A stretch of 64,000 nt of DNA from an uncultured candidate division Zixibacteria bacterium (GTDB lineage Bacteria; Zixibacteria; MSB-5A5; GN15; PGXB01): contig OY969724.1 in NCBI GenBank assembly GCA_963702205.1, positions 480,001 through 544,000 of the forward strand, given 5' to 3'. Shown one piece after another: positions 20,055 through 29,620 of this stretch. Under the pieces are notes generated by a model. The model was not told the origin of the DNA, did no database searches, and worked only from the letters and a program-made list of their open reading frames with translations. Every line of letters starts with the position of its first letter. Within the stretch, counting starts at the first letter, position 1. Both the position numbers and the translations under genes were made by a program.

Positions 20055-20730
20055 AATGTCATTCCCGCGCAGGCGGGAATCCATCTTTATGTGCCCGAGC
20101 GCCTGGACATATTGAGACCCTGGAGCAGATGTGGACATCTGCCGCCCACTTGAATAAATGTCATGTTTCTCATCCCCGCGATAACGGGGCTTCGGAACGT
20201 CGACCTACTGACGACCGCTCCCAGAATGTCATTCCCGCGCAGGCGGGAATCCATCTTTATGTGCCCGAGTGCCTGGACATATTGAGACCCTGGGGCAGAT
20301 GTGGACATCTGCCGCCCACTTGGTCGGGGGATTCGGAACACCGACCTAAGTCGTGACGCCACTTCACTGCGCTGTCGGGAACCCTTTCCCGACAGCATTC
20401 TCGCTTTATCCCAAAAGCGTCGGGGAAGGGTTCCTGACGCCGCTAAAAGATATTAAGACAAAGAACTGGATTCCCGCCTTCGCGGGAATGACATTTTTCA
20501 GAACATTGCCTCTACTTCACAGGAATGACATATTTCGAAACTGCGTATATTACACGCGGGAATGACATTAATTGAGGCATCGCCTTGTATTCGAGGTAAT
20601 GGCATTATTCCGGCTTCTCCTTTTCTTCGCGTGGTGGCTTCCCAGCGTTGGGCCCGGCCTGGCCTGAGCTTTGAAGGGTCGATCCTCAGATCGACCGGGT
20701 CGGCGGCGGGTCGGAGGATCCGCCGATCAC
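20055..20730. repeat. Cluster of REP/BIME-like palindromes including a 98-bp direct repeat (20055-20152, 20225-20322)
   Basis: GTCATTCCCGCGCAGGCGGGAATCCA twice, an inverted copy at ~20467-20493, and further hairpins. Confidence 0.85.
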
Positions 20731-20767
20731 GACGCACAAATTGACGGCTTAACATAACCATCAATAT

Positions 20768-20801
20768 AAAAAACCCGGCGGGGCAATGCTCGCCGGGTTT
20801 T
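20768..20801. terminator. Bidirectional terminator-like hairpin
   Basis: AAAAAACCCGGCGGG-caat-GCTCGCCGGGTTTT. Confidence 0.7.
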
Positions 20802-20857
20802 AATGAGAATCTTTTCTAAGACGAACGTTTAATCTGCATCCGCCATATTCTCATCTG

Positions 20858-23800
20858 CTATATCGTCATCCAGAAGTCGCGGGGATACAGACGGTATATC
20901 GGGCGCTGGCCCTCAACCGAATTGACATACTCCTCGAACGACTTAAACTGTGCTTCCGGACCGATTATGAACATTGTCCCGTCGTCCATATCCTTGAGAG
21001 GGTTCCCGAGACCGACCAGCAGTCGACCATACACTTTATCCTGCCTGTTCAGAATCTCTTTGTACAGATCAGGACGCTGCCGCAGTTTCAGTACTTTCTT
21101 GTTGTATGCCGCAATACGCTCGGGCGTGATGCCGTCGGCCAGGTCGGCCGCCATTTGCATCCCGCGCGATTCGTACTTGGATGCCGCCCGGCTGGCCTGG
21201 AACATCTGCGCCACGCAATAATCGTCCATGGTCGAATCGGTATCGTTTTCCTTGACGACGCCAACCACGAACCGCATCGTCGCCGCGATATCGGGACAGC
21301 GCTCGGCGTAGTAGGACATCCGGCCCGAGGCTCCGATACCGTAGCCGTTGCTGTACGCCAGACCCGCTCCCCAGGTCCGCATGAAGAGCGAATGGGCCGC
21401 GCCGCCGGTGAACAGTTCCCCGGCCAGACGATTCAGTATGGCGTCGTCGCTGGTGTCGTACATATCGGCGTACTTCGCCGACCCCATCAAAACGCCGTTG
21501 TTGGTACCGTCGAAAACGAGACCGGCATACGACGGCTTGTTCGCGTCGGGTTGACGGCTTTTCAGACGATCAATTATGCGCAGGTTGTCGGCATAGTTCT
21601 GGCGCACCGACGGTGCGGCACTCAGGCTTGAGGCGAAAGTATTGATATCGTCCATCGCTGCCTTACGGTCGGTCGAATTGGATATCAAGTACATTCTGGC
21701 ATTGTCGGCGTGCGTGATAAGAGCAACGACTCCCTTGATATCATCGAGCGCCTTCTGCGGCGGCACGGCAATATCATTCTTGATCGTTTTGCAAAGGAAC
21801 ACCCAGTCTCCGGCGAGGTTTTCATCGGGGATATCGGCCAGACAGGTGCGAATGGATTTGGCCGCAAAAACGACGTTCTCTTTGGTCTTGTCGGAAAGCT
21901 TCTCGAACATCGGCTCGATGGCAAAGGTGTCGGTGCCGCCGCTTTCGTCGGCCAGGTGATCGAGCACACCGAGGATTGCTTCACGATCCTTTACTTTACC
22001 GTACTCCGACAGAGCATTCATAAAGCCGTTCCATTCCGCCGTTTGCCGGGCGTCGCCCGGATCGGTCAAAAGACAGCGTATGCGCTGAATATTGAAGGCG
22101 CGCGTCAGGAAGTTGCCGGTCGCCAGCATTATCGGATTGTTCTGATAACGATAGGCCGCGGAAACTTCATCGACCCAGTACTCTTCGTACGATTTAGTAC
22201 GATTGCGATTGTTGTTCTCGCTCTGGTCCAGAAAATCGTGAATGCGCGGAAGGTTGTCGACGCTCAGGTACGGTGAGTCGAGCGTCGTTTTCATCCAGTG
22301 CAGGACATTCTTGACTTCACCAAGATCGCCGCCCTTGCCGGTCATGGTCAGTTCATACCTTCCGGTCATGGCATTTTGATCGAAACCCGCCCCGAACGAA
22401 ATAACTTCGTTGCGCAGGCGGTCTTCCATCTCTTCGTACTTAACCGGTTTGCCGTCCTCGACAACGCCGATTTCGGTCAAAAGCCCCGGCAGAGCGCTCA
22501 GGTAAACCAGCTTGTCTGCGGGCACGACGTCGAGGCGCAACGCCAGACCCACCGTCACGGAATTCATGTTCTCGAACGTCGACGCAACCATCGGCACTTT
22601 TCCCGTCAGATCGAGGACGTCATACTTGAGATTATCGTCCAGCGTCAGAGGCGGATTATCGGTGAAACCGGGCAGGTCCTGTTTGGCGGCGATTTTATCC
22701 AGTTCCGCCGTGGTCGAATCGAATTCGGCTTTGTAATCCGCAAGCGCGGTCTGTTCGTCGTCGGTACCGTACTTCTTTTCGAAATTCTTGACGTAACCAT
22801 CAATGCGCTCTTTTTTGGCCTCGGCCGTGGCCGCCAATATATCGCTGCTCGGTGACGCCCCGACGGCGTACGGTTTAAACGTCAGCCATTTCCATTGATC
22901 GATATAATCGCGCCAGAAATTATTACCGGTCGCCAGCATGCTGTCGGCATAATCGAAATGCTCTTTCGACACCAGCGACTTGCGGAAGGCGGTTTCTTTT
23001 TCCAGCGATTGCATGATCCCCAGCCAGGCACCGGCCGGTCCGCTGCGGAAACCGAACATCGGCGGGGAATTGAGATTGTCTTCGATCTGTTTACGGCTCT
23101 GTACCACGTGTGATTTGATTTCTTTGTTGAACTCGGCCAGTTCCGGGGAATTGTCCGGAAAGTCGTGTATTCTCTGCAGTTCACCGAGGATCATCGTCCG
23201 GATACTGTCGAGAATCGGCTTGGTGACATTGGCGTTGTCTATCCCCTCGACTCCTATAAAGAGCGGTTCTCCCGGATACTCGGTCAGCCAGGTCCAGACG
23301 GAATTGGCACCGATGTCGGTCTGGCGGGTTTCGGAGTTGACGAGTAACTTGTACAGGTTCGACGTCGATCCGTCACCGAAGACGGATAAAAACAGGCTGG
23401 CCATGGTTTCATTCAGTCCGTCCAGTTTCAACTGCGCCGGCCAGGCGTAGTACAGACGGCCCTTGTCTTCATCGCTTTGTGACGGGTAATTCACCAACAC
23501 CATCGAGCCTTCGGGAGCGGCGTGAATGGCCGATATCGGATAACTGTCGATACCGACATAATCGCTGTGGGTCGGTTCTTTCTGGCAGCGTTTCAGAATT
23601 TCGTTCATGCGGGAAAGAAAATCCGCGACCGGCATATTGTCCGGGATGGAGACGATCACGCCCATATTAGCCAAATGATAGTGCTCAGCGATAAATTTCC
23701 ACATATCGGCCGGAACCATCTTGCGTATGGCCGACGGTTCACCGCCGGAACTATTGTAGATTTCATGACCGACACCGTACACCATGCTGTCGAGCGGATC

Positions 23801-24412
23801 GAAATAGTACTTCCACGGTTTTTCGTAGTACGTCACCATTTCGGTATAAACCGTGCCCTTTTCGTCGAGCGACAGCTTACCCGTTTCAGTATCTTCATTG
23901 ACGCCGATATGACACACTTCGCGGCGGATTTCTTCATCGGTAAAATCCGGGTGGAGGAAAGCCATCAGCTTGGCTTCGAAAATATTATAAAAGGATTCCG
24001 GCCCGGCTTTGGCGTTAAAATGAAAACAGGTCCTCACCTGCGATGTATAAGCCGTGCTCCGGCCGAGCGACATATTCTCCAGAGTCGAGACATAGCGCCC
24101 GCGGTTGCCTTTACCCAGCAACAGGTGTTCGCAGGTATGCGGACGGCCCATACTGGTCGTGGGCGGCGTTTTAACCCAGAAAAATGCCTGAGGCACCGAC
24201 TGGATCTGCAGCAGGTCGATAATGAATCCATAATCGCTGGATATAAATCGCGCCCCCATGGCCCGGTCCGAACCCGTGACATACAGGTTTTTGACGACAA
24301 AGCCGTTGACTTCCTGGTCCGGCTTCAGGCTCTCCAGATAATCGCCGGAGCCGACCACGCTGGTCGCCGCCAACGCGGCCAGAAGAACCAGCAGTACTTT
24401 CACTTTTCTCAT
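20858..24412 (-). CDS. Secreted M16 (insulinase/PreP-like) zinc peptidase
   Basis: Signal peptide; inverted zinc motif HTCEH; KGTVYTEM and SSGGEP; C-terminal GAGLAYS. Confidence 0.8.
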   Translation of the reverse strand: MRKVKVLLVLLAALAATSVVGSGDYLESLKPDQEVNGFVVKNLYVTGSDRAMGARFISSDYGFIIDLLQIQSVPQAFFWVKTPPTTSMGRPHTCEHLLLGKGNRGRYVSTLENMSLGRSTAYTSQVRTCFHFNAKAGPESFYNIFEAKLMAFLHPDFTDEEIRREVCHIGVNEDTETGKLSLDEKGTVYTEMVTYYEKPWKYYFDPLDSMVYGVGHEIYNSSGGEPSAIRKMVPADMWKFIAEHYHLANMGVIVSIPDNMPVADFLSRMNEILKRCQKEPTHSDYVGIDSYPISAIHAAPEGSMVLVNYPSQSDEDKGRLYYAWPAQLKLDGLNETMASLFLSVFGDGSTSNLYKLLVNSETRQTDIGANSVWTWLTEYPGEPLFIGVEGIDNANVTKPILDSIRTMILGELQRIHDFPDNSPELAEFNKEIKSHVVQSRKQIEDNLNSPPMFGFRSGPAGAWLGIMQSLEKETAFRKSLVSKEHFDYADSMLATGNNFWRDYIDQWKWLTFKPYAVGASPSSDILAATAEAKKERIDGYVKNFEKKYGTDDEQTALADYKAEFDSTTAELDKIAAKQDLPGFTDNPPLTLDDNLKYDVLDLTGKVPMVASTFENMNSVTVGLALRLDVVPADKLVYLSALPGLLTEIGVVEDGKPVKYEEMEDRLRNEVISFGAGFDQNAMTGRYELTMTGKGGDLGEVKNVLHWMKTTLDSPYLSVDNLPRIHDFLDQSENNNRNRTKSYEEYWVDEVSAAYRYQNNPIMLATGNFLTRAFNIQRIRCLLTDPGDARQTAEWNGFMNALSEYGKVKDREAILGVLDHLADESGGTDTFAIEPMFEKLSDKTKENVVFAAKSIRTCLADIPDENLAGDWVFLCKTIKNDIAVPPQKALDDIKGVVALITHADNARMYLISNSTDRKAAMDDINTFASSLSAAPSVRQNYADNLRIIDRLKSRQPDANKPSYAGLVFDGTNNGVLMGSAKYADMYDTSDDAILNRLAGELFTGGAAHSLFMRTWGAGLAYSNGYGIGASGRMSYYAERCPDIAATMRFVVGVVKENDTDSTMDDYCVAQMFQASRAASKYESRGMQMAADLADGITPERIAAYNKKVLKLRQRPDLYKEILNRQDKVYGRLLVGLGNPLKDMDDGTMFIIGPEAQFKSFEEYVNSVEGQRPIYRLYPRDFWMTI

Positions 24413-24506
24413 CGAGACACGTCCTTTATGTATCAGATTGATTAAATTTCACTACCAGATTTCATATATAATCAAACGGTCTGAATTAGTAAATATCCAG
24501 GGCGAA

Positions 24507-26282
24507 TTAATAATAATACCAGATTGTCTCATATTCCGATATATCCTCACCGATTTGTTTAAGGCGCTGCAAATATGAGAGCACCGGCACGTCCATGCCA
24601 ACGTAATTTTTGAACCCGCCCGCCTTCGGCTCCCAGGGATGAAACTCATAAACCCGCGAACCATCGGGCAAAATGGATATTACGTCATGGTGCTGCGACG
24701 AGCGCAGGTAGTTTTTGCCGAGACCGGGGACGTTGTAAACCGGCTCATCGGTCCGAGTCAGACCCGGCAGCAACCGCGCTTCTTCGTTCACTTCCTGTAA
24801 CAAGCGGGCGATCGGGACTATGTAATTGGCCGTCTCGTGTTTGCCTTTGCAGTTGAATAAATAGTACGGATCGATTCCGATCCGCCGCAGAATCTGTCTC
24901 AACAGAGCCGATTCGAACCGTCGCGAATTATAGAACGTAAACACCTGTTGATTATAGACGGGTATGCCCGCCTCCCGGCATTTGGCCACGGCCGCGGCGG
25001 TATCGGGAGTGATCTCGTACGGGTGCTCGACGTGCGTCACCAGAGAAATGCTGCGTTGTCCGGGCTTGATGTGCCTTTTTAATATGTCTATAAGTTCGTC
25101 GGTGAGGCGCATCGGAACCGTCACGGGCGTCCGGGACCCGATGCGGATGTGTCGGATCGATTTGATTTTCGAAACCCGTTCCAGCAGAGCGTTGATGGTC
25201 CGGTCGTTCAGGGCAAACGGGTCGCCGCCGGTGATAAGCAGTTCGTGTACAGCCGGATGGTCGGCAATCCACGTCAGAGCCTCTTCGATATTTTTCGATG
25301 ACGCCAGCGCGCGGGGTGTCATGGCGCTGTCGATTTCCCAGTTGCGCTGACAGTACACGCAAATTTGAGGACAGGTATTGTATGGCTTAAAAATGGCGAT
25401 GCCGGGATAGCGTCGGGTGATCAGGTCGACCGGCGAGGTCTGGCTTTCCAGCATGAAATCAAACGCGCATTCGCGGTCGTTGCGGTGCGCTTTCATTACC
25501 TCGATATAATTGGACGGCGGAAAAACCTGGGCGCGGATTGCCATGTCGCCGGAGTGCTTTTTATTATCCATCAAAGACAAATAGTACGGCGTCACCCCGA
25601 ACGGCAAACCGGCCTCACGGGCTTTGGCGATGTTTTCTTTTTCCTCTCTGGTCAGCGGAACCAGTTTCTCGAGGACCTTTAAATCTTTGACAACTTTCTT
25701 GAACTGCCAGCGCCAGTCATTCCATTCCGATTCGGAGGCACCGAGTGCGCTTAAGATACGTTTACGGTTCCGCTTGCGGCGCTCGATTACATCGGATTGC
25801 AGGCCGTGGGCGTATCGGGTCATGCGTTTTTCGACGCGCTCCCAGATTTTATCCAGTTCCCGAGAGCGCATGAGGGCTTCTTCCCTCGGCGTTTCCGTAT
25901 CGCTCGTGGCATAGTCGGCCGGCGAAGCGCCCGGACCGCGTCCCTGCATGCCCATAATCAGATATATCATTTCGGCGTAAAAGCCGGGTTGTAGATCGGT
26001 GCGGCTTTTTCCCCGCGCCAGGTCGAACAGGGCGCGGGCGACACTGAACCCGGAGAGCTTGTCTGACTTGGGTGTCACGATGGTCCTGAATACTTTGACA
26101 CAGTCGCGAACGCGGACGATATTTCGCACGGTCGGCTCGATATCGCCCGAATAAAAGTCGAATTGATAGCGCGATGCCCGGAGAAACAATCGCTCCCGGG
26201 CCACTTCAAAACTGTGAGTGGCCCCGGCAATGCGAAATATCGATCCAGCTTCCGATTCCAGTCTTTCGCGAGTGTATTCCAA
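24507..26282 (-). CDS. KamA-family radical SAM/PLP 2,3-aminomutase with N-terminal extension
   Basis: WNDWRWQ, VTPYYLSL, RRYP, CPQICVYCQR, ITGGDP, IRIGSRTP and VPGLGK (PLP Lys) motifs. Confidence 0.87.
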   Translation of the reverse strand: MEYTRERLESEAGSIFRIAGATHSFEVARERLFLRASRYQFDFYSGDIEPTVRNIVRVRDCVKVFRTIVTPKSDKLSGFSVARALFDLARGKSRTDLQPGFYAEMIYLIMGMQGRGPGASPADYATSDTETPREEALMRSRELDKIWERVEKRMTRYAHGLQSDVIERRKRNRKRILSALGASESEWNDWRWQFKKVVKDLKVLEKLVPLTREEKENIAKAREAGLPFGVTPYYLSLMDNKKHSGDMAIRAQVFPPSNYIEVMKAHRNDRECAFDFMLESQTSPVDLITRRYPGIAIFKPYNTCPQICVYCQRNWEIDSAMTPRALASSKNIEEALTWIADHPAVHELLITGGDPFALNDRTINALLERVSKIKSIRHIRIGSRTPVTVPMRLTDELIDILKRHIKPGQRSISLVTHVEHPYEITPDTAAAVAKCREAGIPVYNQQVFTFYNSRRFESALLRQILRRIGIDPYYLFNCKGKHETANYIVPIARLLQEVNEEARLLPGLTRTDEPVYNVPGLGKNYLRSSQHHDVISILPDGSRVYEFHPWEPKAGGFKNYVGMDVPVLSYLQRLKQIGEDISEYETIWYYY

Positions 26283-26436
26283 ACCTATCCTCTTCGGGCA
26301 TAAACCAACCCTGAATTCACGAACTAATCAATGCGGGATAACTGAGGTTAATCCATTATAATAAATTACGACTGATTTATCAAGTTGTTGCGAGGAGAGA
26401 CTCGATCCCTGGGTGCGGGAACGCCCAGCTTATCAT

Positions 26437-26560
26437 GTTCTGTCGGGTCCTGCGTCCCGATTTATCGGGGCGTGTGACCCGACAGTCTTAAAGGCAATTG
26501 AAACAAAACGACCCGTCAGGTGACAATCCCGACTTCGTCGAGATCAACACCTGACGGAAC
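26437..26560. repeat. Two GTTC-footed REP-like palindromes
   Basis: GTTCTGTCGGGTC...GACCCGACAG and CCGTCAGGTG...CACCTGACGGAAC. Relatives at 49187-49233, ~51950-51984, 8545 and 57659. Confidence 0.72.
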
Positions 26561-26578
26561 ATATAGGGCTATTGCAGA

Positions 26579-26878
26579 TTATCCCGGGTCGAAGTCCTCT
26601 TTCAAATCGACCACGGTCGCACCCCAGGAGCCGCCCGACGATTCGTGGCGGTACGAGCGCACCGCCGGATGCTTTTCGAGAATCGATTGCACTATGGCTC
26701 TTAAGACGCCGGTCCCTTTGCCGTGCACTATTCTCAGGTGATATATCTTTCGCCTAAGACACTCCTCGATATAGTCCGGCACTAGCTGTTTGACGTCTTT
26801 GGGCGAGAACGTGTGCAGGTCGAGCGTGCCGTCGATTGGCAAAGGGGTGGGGTTGTCGTCGTCATCGTACACGCACAA
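26579..26878 (-). CDS. Stand-alone Smr/MutS2-domain protein
   Basis: LDLHTF, IVHGKGTGVLR and GATVV motifs. Start uncertain (TTG 26878 or GTG 26872). Confidence 0.88.
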   Translation of the reverse strand: MCVYDDDDNPTPLPIDGTLDLHTFSPKDVKQLVPDYIEECLRRKIYHLRIVHGKGTGVLRAIVQSILEKHPAVRSYRHESSGGSWGATVVDLKEDFDPG

Positions 26879-26926
26879 TTATAGCGGCACAATAAAGATT
26901 TAACAATGGATTAGTCTGAAAGAAAA

Positions 26927-27283
26927 TTAAAGAAGATCGCCGAGAAGTTTCTCGATATCGGACATCATAAACGGCTTGTTCAGAAAACCGTCGGCCTTTT
27001 CCCGGACAATATCGGAATCGACGTCATCGACGGAGTACCCTGAAATGAGCACGACCGGCAGTTCGGGGCGTTTTTCTTTGACGGCCTGCAGCAGTTCCAG
27101 ACCGGTCATGCGCGGCATACGCATATCGGTGATAACCATCGCCACTTCGCTGTCGTCTATCTTCGTCAAGGCATCGACCCCGTCGTCGGCGCGAACCGCC
27201 TGATAATCAAAAACTTCCAGCATCTCCACGAGGAGGCTGGACATATTCGGGTTGTCGTCGACTATCAAAATTGTTTTTGCCAT
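26927..27283 (-). CDS. Single-domain response regulator (CheY-like)
   Basis: IVDD, TDMRMP, ISG and KPF motifs. Confidence 0.9.
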   Translation of the reverse strand: MAKTILIVDDNPNMSSLLVEMLEVFDYQAVRADDGVDALTKIDDSEVAMVITDMRMPRMTGLELLQAVKEKRPELPVVLISGYSVDDVDSDIVREKADGFLNKPFMMSDIEKLLGDLL

Positions 27284-27325
27284 AATTGTCCTTTAGGCTC
27301 TATAGTAATCTTAATCGGTAAAAAT

Positions 27326-28435
27326 TCAGGAGACTTTATATTTATATGCCCCAAAACGCTTTAATCTCAGAGTTAATTCCTCTTTAAGCCCGTCCAGACC
27401 GGTTTCATGGAGGGCTGAGATTAAAAAGGTCCGGTTTGAATCACCGGAGACGGGAAGGCGGTCTTTGACCTGGTCTATTTTATTGTATATCAACAGCTTT
27501 TCTATATTTCCGGCCCCGATTTCGCCCAAAACGACCTTTGTCTGGCGTATTTTTTCCTCACAATTTCGGTCTGAAAAATCAATGACGTGCAGAAGGAGGT
27601 CGGCATAGGTTACCTCTTCAAGGGTCGATTTGAAAGATTCAATCAATTGCGTCGGCAGCTTTTTAATAAATCCGACTGTGTCGGTAAAAATTATCTTGTC
27701 CGGATATCCCTGCGACATAACCCGCGAGGTCGAATCGAGAGTAGTAAATAACTGATTGGCGGTAGACACGTTGGATCGGGTCAGCTTGTTGAAAAGGGTC
27801 GATTTCCCGGCATTGGTGTACCCAATCAAAGAGACCTTGAACAGGTCCTGGCGGCTCTTGCGCTGGATTTCGCGCTGGGTGGACAGCTTCTCAATTTTTT
27901 TCTTGAGCGAGGCGATCTTGGTGCGGACCTGGCGACGGTCCGTTTCGAGCTGCGTTTCACCCGGACCGCGCGTCCCGATCCCGCCGTGCTGACGAGAAAA
28001 GTGGCTCCAGAAGCCGGTCAGACGGGGCAGCATGTATTCCAGCTGAGCCAGCTCCACCTGAAGCTTGGCGGCGGCGGTGCGGGCGTGCTGCGCGAAAATA
28101 TTCAGGATCAGCATCGAGCGGTCGATGACCTTGATCTCGAAGACATTCTCGAGATTCCTCTGCTGCGCCGGAGATAAAGGATCGTCGAAAATCACAAGGT
28201 TGGTCCCATTGGATTCGACCGCTTCGTGAACCTGTTCCACAAAGCCTTTACCTATGTAAAATTTGGGATCGATGGCCCGGGTCTGGATGAAGGTGTAGTC
28301 CACCAGGGCTCCGGCGGAGACGGTCAATTCGTTCAGTTCGGCGATGGATTCTTCGACGCCCACGCGGTCGAGCGAATTGCGGGCCAGGCCGACCAGAATG
28401 GCCCGTTCTGCGGGGCTTTTGATGGTTTCTGCCAT
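27326..28435 (-). CDS. hflX: Ribosome-associated GTPase HflX
   Basis: GPGETQLETDRR, GYTNAGKS, FTTLD, DTVGF and NKID motifs. Confidence 0.95.
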   Translation of the reverse strand: MAETIKSPAERAILVGLARNSLDRVGVEESIAELNELTVSAGALVDYTFIQTRAIDPKFYIGKGFVEQVHEAVESNGTNLVIFDDPLSPAQQRNLENVFEIKVIDRSMLILNIFAQHARTAAAKLQVELAQLEYMLPRLTGFWSHFSRQHGGIGTRGPGETQLETDRRQVRTKIASLKKKIEKLSTQREIQRKSRQDLFKVSLIGYTNAGKSTLFNKLTRSNVSTANQLFTTLDSTSRVMSQGYPDKIIFTDTVGFIKKLPTQLIESFKSTLEEVTYADLLLHVIDFSDRNCEEKIRQTKVVLGEIGAGNIEKLLIYNKIDQVKDRLPVSGDSNRTFLISALHETGLDGLKEELTLRLKRFGAYKYKVS

Positions 28436-28574
28436 TAATGTAATATATACGATTATTGGATTTTTCGGACAAAATTTTATGTGACTGCACCAGAAAATTC
28501 CATATTTATGGCCTAAATGATTAACCTGCTAATTTCGATATCAATACCGGCCGATTAATTTATAGAAAGCCTTT

Positions 28575-29516
28575 ATGACAAAGAAAGCCATGACAATGAA
28601 ATCATACAGGACAATCTCGACGGCCCTGGTTCTGGCCACTATTCTCTTAAGCGTATTTTTAATCGGCATACTATCGGCCGGGCAGCTCAAATGCGATTAT
28701 TGCAAAAAAGACATCACCGGGCAATACGTTCAGTCCAACGGAAAAAATTATCACGCCGACTGTTATGAAAAACATATCGCCCTGCGCTGCGATCTTTGCG
28801 GACGGGTTATCAAGGGCGAATATATCGTCGACAGCTGGGGCAATAAGTACCATAAGGAACACGAGCGCTCGGTCCCGGCCTGCCAGTACTGCGGGAGGTT
28901 GATCTCGGAAAGAACCAGTCGCGGCGGGACCGTCTATTCCGACGGTCGGTATGTCTGCGGATATTGCCTCGCCGATGCCGTCGGTGATATGACCACCGCG
29001 CGACGGATTATGAAGTCGGTCAAAGAAAAGCTCGGGCTGGCCGGGATTAATATCGAAAACGGTGCCGTCAAGCTTACCCTCACCGACCGCGACGGTCTCC
29101 GGCATATATCGTGGACGGGCCACTCCGACGAAAGCGGTCTGACCAAGTACACCGAGCAGACCATCGACGGCGTCTGCATCGTACGCAATTTCGAAATTTT
29201 CATTTTAAAGGGTATGCCCCGCATCGTGTTTACTGAAATCATCGCCCACGAGCTTATGCATGTCTGGCTTTATACGAACGCTTCCAAAAAACTGGCGCTG
29301 GCTCTATCTGAAGGCAGCTGCAATTATGCATCGTTTATTATTCTCAATCAGAGTTATGGCACCATGGCCGAATTCGAACTCGGCAACCTGCTGACCAATC
29401 CCGATCCCATTTACGGCGATGGCTTCCGCCGGGTGAAACGGCTTGTCAGCGATAAAGGCGTCGCCTGGTGGCTCGAATATTTAAAATCCAGCGTCGATTT
29501 CGCACAGGGCTATTAA
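28575..29516 (+). CDS. Secreted LIM-like zinc-finger + DA1-family zinc metallopeptidase
   Basis: Signal peptide; repeated CxxC/H fingers; IAHELMHVWL, EGSCN and PIYGDGFR motifs. Start may be 28590 or 28596. Confidence 0.8.
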   Translation: MTKKAMTMKSYRTISTALVLATILLSVFLIGILSAGQLKCDYCKKDITGQYVQSNGKNYHADCYEKHIALRCDLCGRVIKGEYIVDSWGNKYHKEHERSVPACQYCGRLISERTSRGGTVYSDGRYVCGYCLADAVGDMTTARRIMKSVKEKLGLAGINIENGAVKLTLTDRDGLRHISWTGHSDESGLTKYTEQTIDGVCIVRNFEIFILKGMPRIVFTEIIAHELMHVWLYTNASKKLALALSEGSCNYASFIILNQSYGTMAEFELGNLLTNPDPIYGDGFRRVKRLVSDKGVAWWLEYLKSSVDFAQGY

Positions 29517-29620
29517 AAACCCGGCCGGGTTTAATTCGTTGACGTATTATGATTTAACCGTATATTGTGGTTGTGCGGAGATAGCTCTATGACCTACTCG
29601 CCCGTAAAGGGGTTTAAAAA

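Noticed and set aside
20087..20764. Short ORFs in repeat clusters (also 48959-49419 and 51460-52034)
   Set aside because: Translations of palindromic repeats.
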